Source of the DNA: a virus
Taxonomy: Duplodnaviria > Heunggongvirae > Uroviricota > Caudoviricetes
Direction: 5' to 3' (one strand)
DNA length: 7,835 nucleotides
IMG/VR virus record: IMGVR_UViG_2713896791_000024
Span: 1-7,835 of that record
The position numbers were made by a program, and so were the translations under genes. Within the stretch, counting starts at the first letter, position 1. Every line of letters starts with the position of its first letter. Below, piece after piece: positions 6,580 to 7,835 of this stretch. Under the pieces are notes generated by a model. The model made no database searches, had not been told where the DNA came from, and worked only from the letters and a program-made list of their open reading frames with translations.

Positions 6580-6607
6580 CAAAAAAGCCCGCCTGAACCG
6601 GCGGGCT
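6580..6607 (-). terminator. Rho-independent terminator downstream of lom, immediately upstream of the stf ribosome-binding site
   Basis: Minus strand reads AGCCCGCC-GGTTCA-GGCGGGCT (8-bp GC-rich stem, 6-nt loop) followed by TTTTTTG; plus-strand stem arms at 6586-6593 and 6600-6607, A-run at 6581-6586. Confidence 0.75.
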
Positions 6608-6633
6608 GTCATAACTCTGTGTTACCTGGCTAA

Positions 6634-7257
6634 TCAGAATTTATAACCGACCCCCACAATGAAACCGTCAGTGCGCCAGTCGCCACTGCCGGAGCCTTCA
6701 TAAGCAAGGTCAATAACCACCGTCTCTACGGGACTGAACTGAATCCCGGCATTCCAGGCCGGCGACAGATGACGCGCAGTATGACCATCACTGGCGGTGG
6801 TGGTCTCCTTCACATACCCCGGTTTCACTTCATCACGCCGGTAATCCTGAACACTGTCAGACCAGCGGGTGTACGCCATCCCGGCCATGCCATAGAGACT
6901 GACCCGCTCACTGAGCTGCCAGACAGGGCCGGCCATCAGACTGACATAACGACCGCGCAGGCTTTCATAATGGAAGGTATTTTCACCCGTCTTCATCGTG
7001 TCACTTTTCTTCACCGATGCATAACTCAGCGCGACAATGCCGCCCAGGTGATCCGTGAACTCATAACGGTATTTCACGTTAATCCCTTTTAAATCACCTG
7101 CACGCGCACCGGTACCGGACAATGCCGGTACGCCGCCCGGGTGAACCTGAGCATATCCCACGGAAAATGCACCGTGTCCGCTTTCAGCCTGTGCAGGAAA
7201 GGCAATTCCTGCCAGCAGGGTAGTAAACAATAATATCGTTGCGTATAAATGCCGCAT
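6634..7257 (-). CDS. lom: Lom-like outer-membrane protein (Ail/Lom/PagC family 8-strand beta-barrel)
   Basis: 207-aa product MRHLYATILLFTTLLAGIAFPAQA|ESGHGAFSVGYAQ... ending ...DWRTDGFIVGVGYKF, with signal peptide and C-terminal aromatic residue; closely resembles lambda Lom as I recall it. Start chosen at ATG 7255-7257 with AAGAGG Shine-Dalgarno 5 nt upstream; the ORF-track extension to 7293 runs into the upstream terminator. Confidence 0.9.
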   Translation of the reverse strand: MRHLYATILLFTTLLAGIAFPAQAESGHGAFSVGYAQVHPGGVPALSGTGARAGDLKGINVKYRYEFTDHLGGIVALSYASVKKSDTMKTGENTFHYESLRGRYVSLMAGPVWQLSERVSLYGMAGMAYTRWSDSVQDYRRDEVKPGYVKETTTASDGHTARHLSPAWNAGIQFSPVETVVIDLAYEGSGSGDWRTDGFIVGVGYKF

Positions 7258-7281
7258 GATTACCTCTTTGTTTTCAGTCAA

Positions 7282-7306
7282 TAAAAAAGGCACCTCCTGA
7301 GGTGCC
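7282..7306 (-). terminator. Rho-independent terminator between the J-like gene and lom
   Basis: Minus strand reads GGCACCT-CAGG-AGGTGCC followed by TTTTTTATT; plus-strand coordinates 7289-7306 for the palindrome and 7283-7288 for the A-run. Confidence 0.65.
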
Positions 7307-7325
7307 CGTCCGGGTTAATAAACCG

Positions 7326-7835
7326 TCAGCTGATACTGATCCCTGCTGTGGATTTTTTCATGACCACAACCAGTAAATCACTGATGTACGTTGTCGGCGT
7401 CCAGTTGTTCGCACCGGCCGACGACACATTAAACGTCAGGGTGACATGACCCCGCCCTGCCGGCATATCTATCACCGATGAGAACACCCGGCTGACATCC
7501 GTTGCCGGTTCATGGAAAATCTCAACCCCGTTCTTCAGCACCTGCAGCTTACAGGTGGAATACCAGTACGACTGCTGATTCGGGCTGTTGAAATTCTGGT
7601 GTTTCGTCCCGCGAAACAGCACCGGGGGAATGATGATCTGCCGGTCGAAGCCCTGGTCATCGTAAACTGTGACGGTTACCGTCCCGCTGGCATAACTGTT
7701 ATTCCGGGGAAAGGCTTTCCCCACCGTCTTCACCAGGTCGCCTTCAATCTGGTTTGCAGACAGTTTCCCTCTGATGACACAGTTCTCGTTAATGGTGACA
7801 TTATTGAGCGTGCCGGTATTCGCGGTAATTGCTCC
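7326..7835 (-). CDS. J: Host specificity / tail tip protein J, C-terminal receptor-binding region (5' end outside window)
   Basis: Reading frame is open from the window edge at 7835 to the TGA at 7326-7328. The translation ([19 protein letters not shown]...[12 protein letters not shown]...) resembles the lambda J C-terminus as I recall it. The ORF-track start at 7733 is an internal GTG, not the true start. Followed by lom, as in lambda. Confidence 0.85.
   Translation of the reverse strand, partial: GAITANTGTLNNVTINENCVIRGKLSANQIEGDLVKTVGKAFPRNNSYASGTVTVTVYDDQGFDRQIIIPPVLFRGTKHQNFNSPNQQSYWYSTCKLQVLKNGVEIFHEPATDVSRVFSSVIDMPAGRGHVTLTFNVSSAGANNWTPTTYISDLLVVVMKKSTAGISIS

Noticed and set aside
6493-6612. 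N-terminal extension of the stf ORF ([19 protein letters not shown] + X-run) reported by the ORF track
   Set aside because: It reads through the N-gap and through the lom terminator hairpin. The lambda-like [12 protein letters not shown] start with a Shine-Dalgarno-like motif is at 6490-6492.
6383-6646. Plus-strand ORFs 6383..6646 and 6414..6596 spanning the N-gap
   Set aside because: They are antisense to the stf 5' end and read through the gap and terminator; artefacts of the gap.
6769-7092. Plus-strand ORF 6769..7092 antisense to lom
   Set aside because: Entirely within the lom coding region on the opposite strand; lom has strong family similarity, this ORF has none.
7258-7293. Upstream extension of lom to the ATG at 7293 (MPFLLTENKEVIM...)
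   Set aside because: The extension overlaps the J-lom terminator hairpin and lacks a ribosome-binding site. The ATG at 7257 has an AAGAGG Shine-Dalgarno and yields a canonical signal peptide.
1-7835. CRISPR arrays, tRNA/rRNA genes, insertion sequences and an invertible tail-fibre segment
   Set aside because: No regularly spaced direct repeats with unique spacers, no tRNA-like T-arm or acceptor signatures in the intergenic regions inspected by eye, no transposase-like ORF or terminal inverted repeats, and no inverted copy of any stf or tfa segment. The only recombinase is the Pin-like serine recombinase.

Overview
This window looks like the tail-fibre end of a lambdoid (lambda / Qin / Rac-like) enterobacterial prophage. 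On the minus strand, in lambda order, are the 3' end of a J-like host-specificity gene (5' end outside the window), a lom-like outer-membrane protein gene, an intact 971-codon side tail fibre gene (stf) and a tail fibre assembly gene (tfa) whose start overlaps the stf stop. Convergent with these on the plus strand is a visibly AT-rich accessory block: a small class I SAM-dependent methyltransferase, a long leader containing a 37-codon hydrophobic mini-ORF, a YnaE/YdfK-like small protein gene and a Pin-like serine recombinase. The block is bracketed by a ~122 bp direct repeat of the tfa 3' end, with the second copy sitting in a short ORF at 184..489. A 50-N scaffold gap with 27 bp duplicated on both sides falls exactly at the stf start and is most likely an assembly artefact. 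I found no rRNA, tRNA, CRISPR array, transposase or invertible segment. The most interesting observations are the repeat-bracketed accessory block with an uncharacterised methyltransferase, a Pin recombinase with Cys at a normally conserved catalytic Arg position and no visible substrate, and the candidate mini-ORF. All homology calls are from memory of protein families and motifs read by eye; no database search or computation was run.
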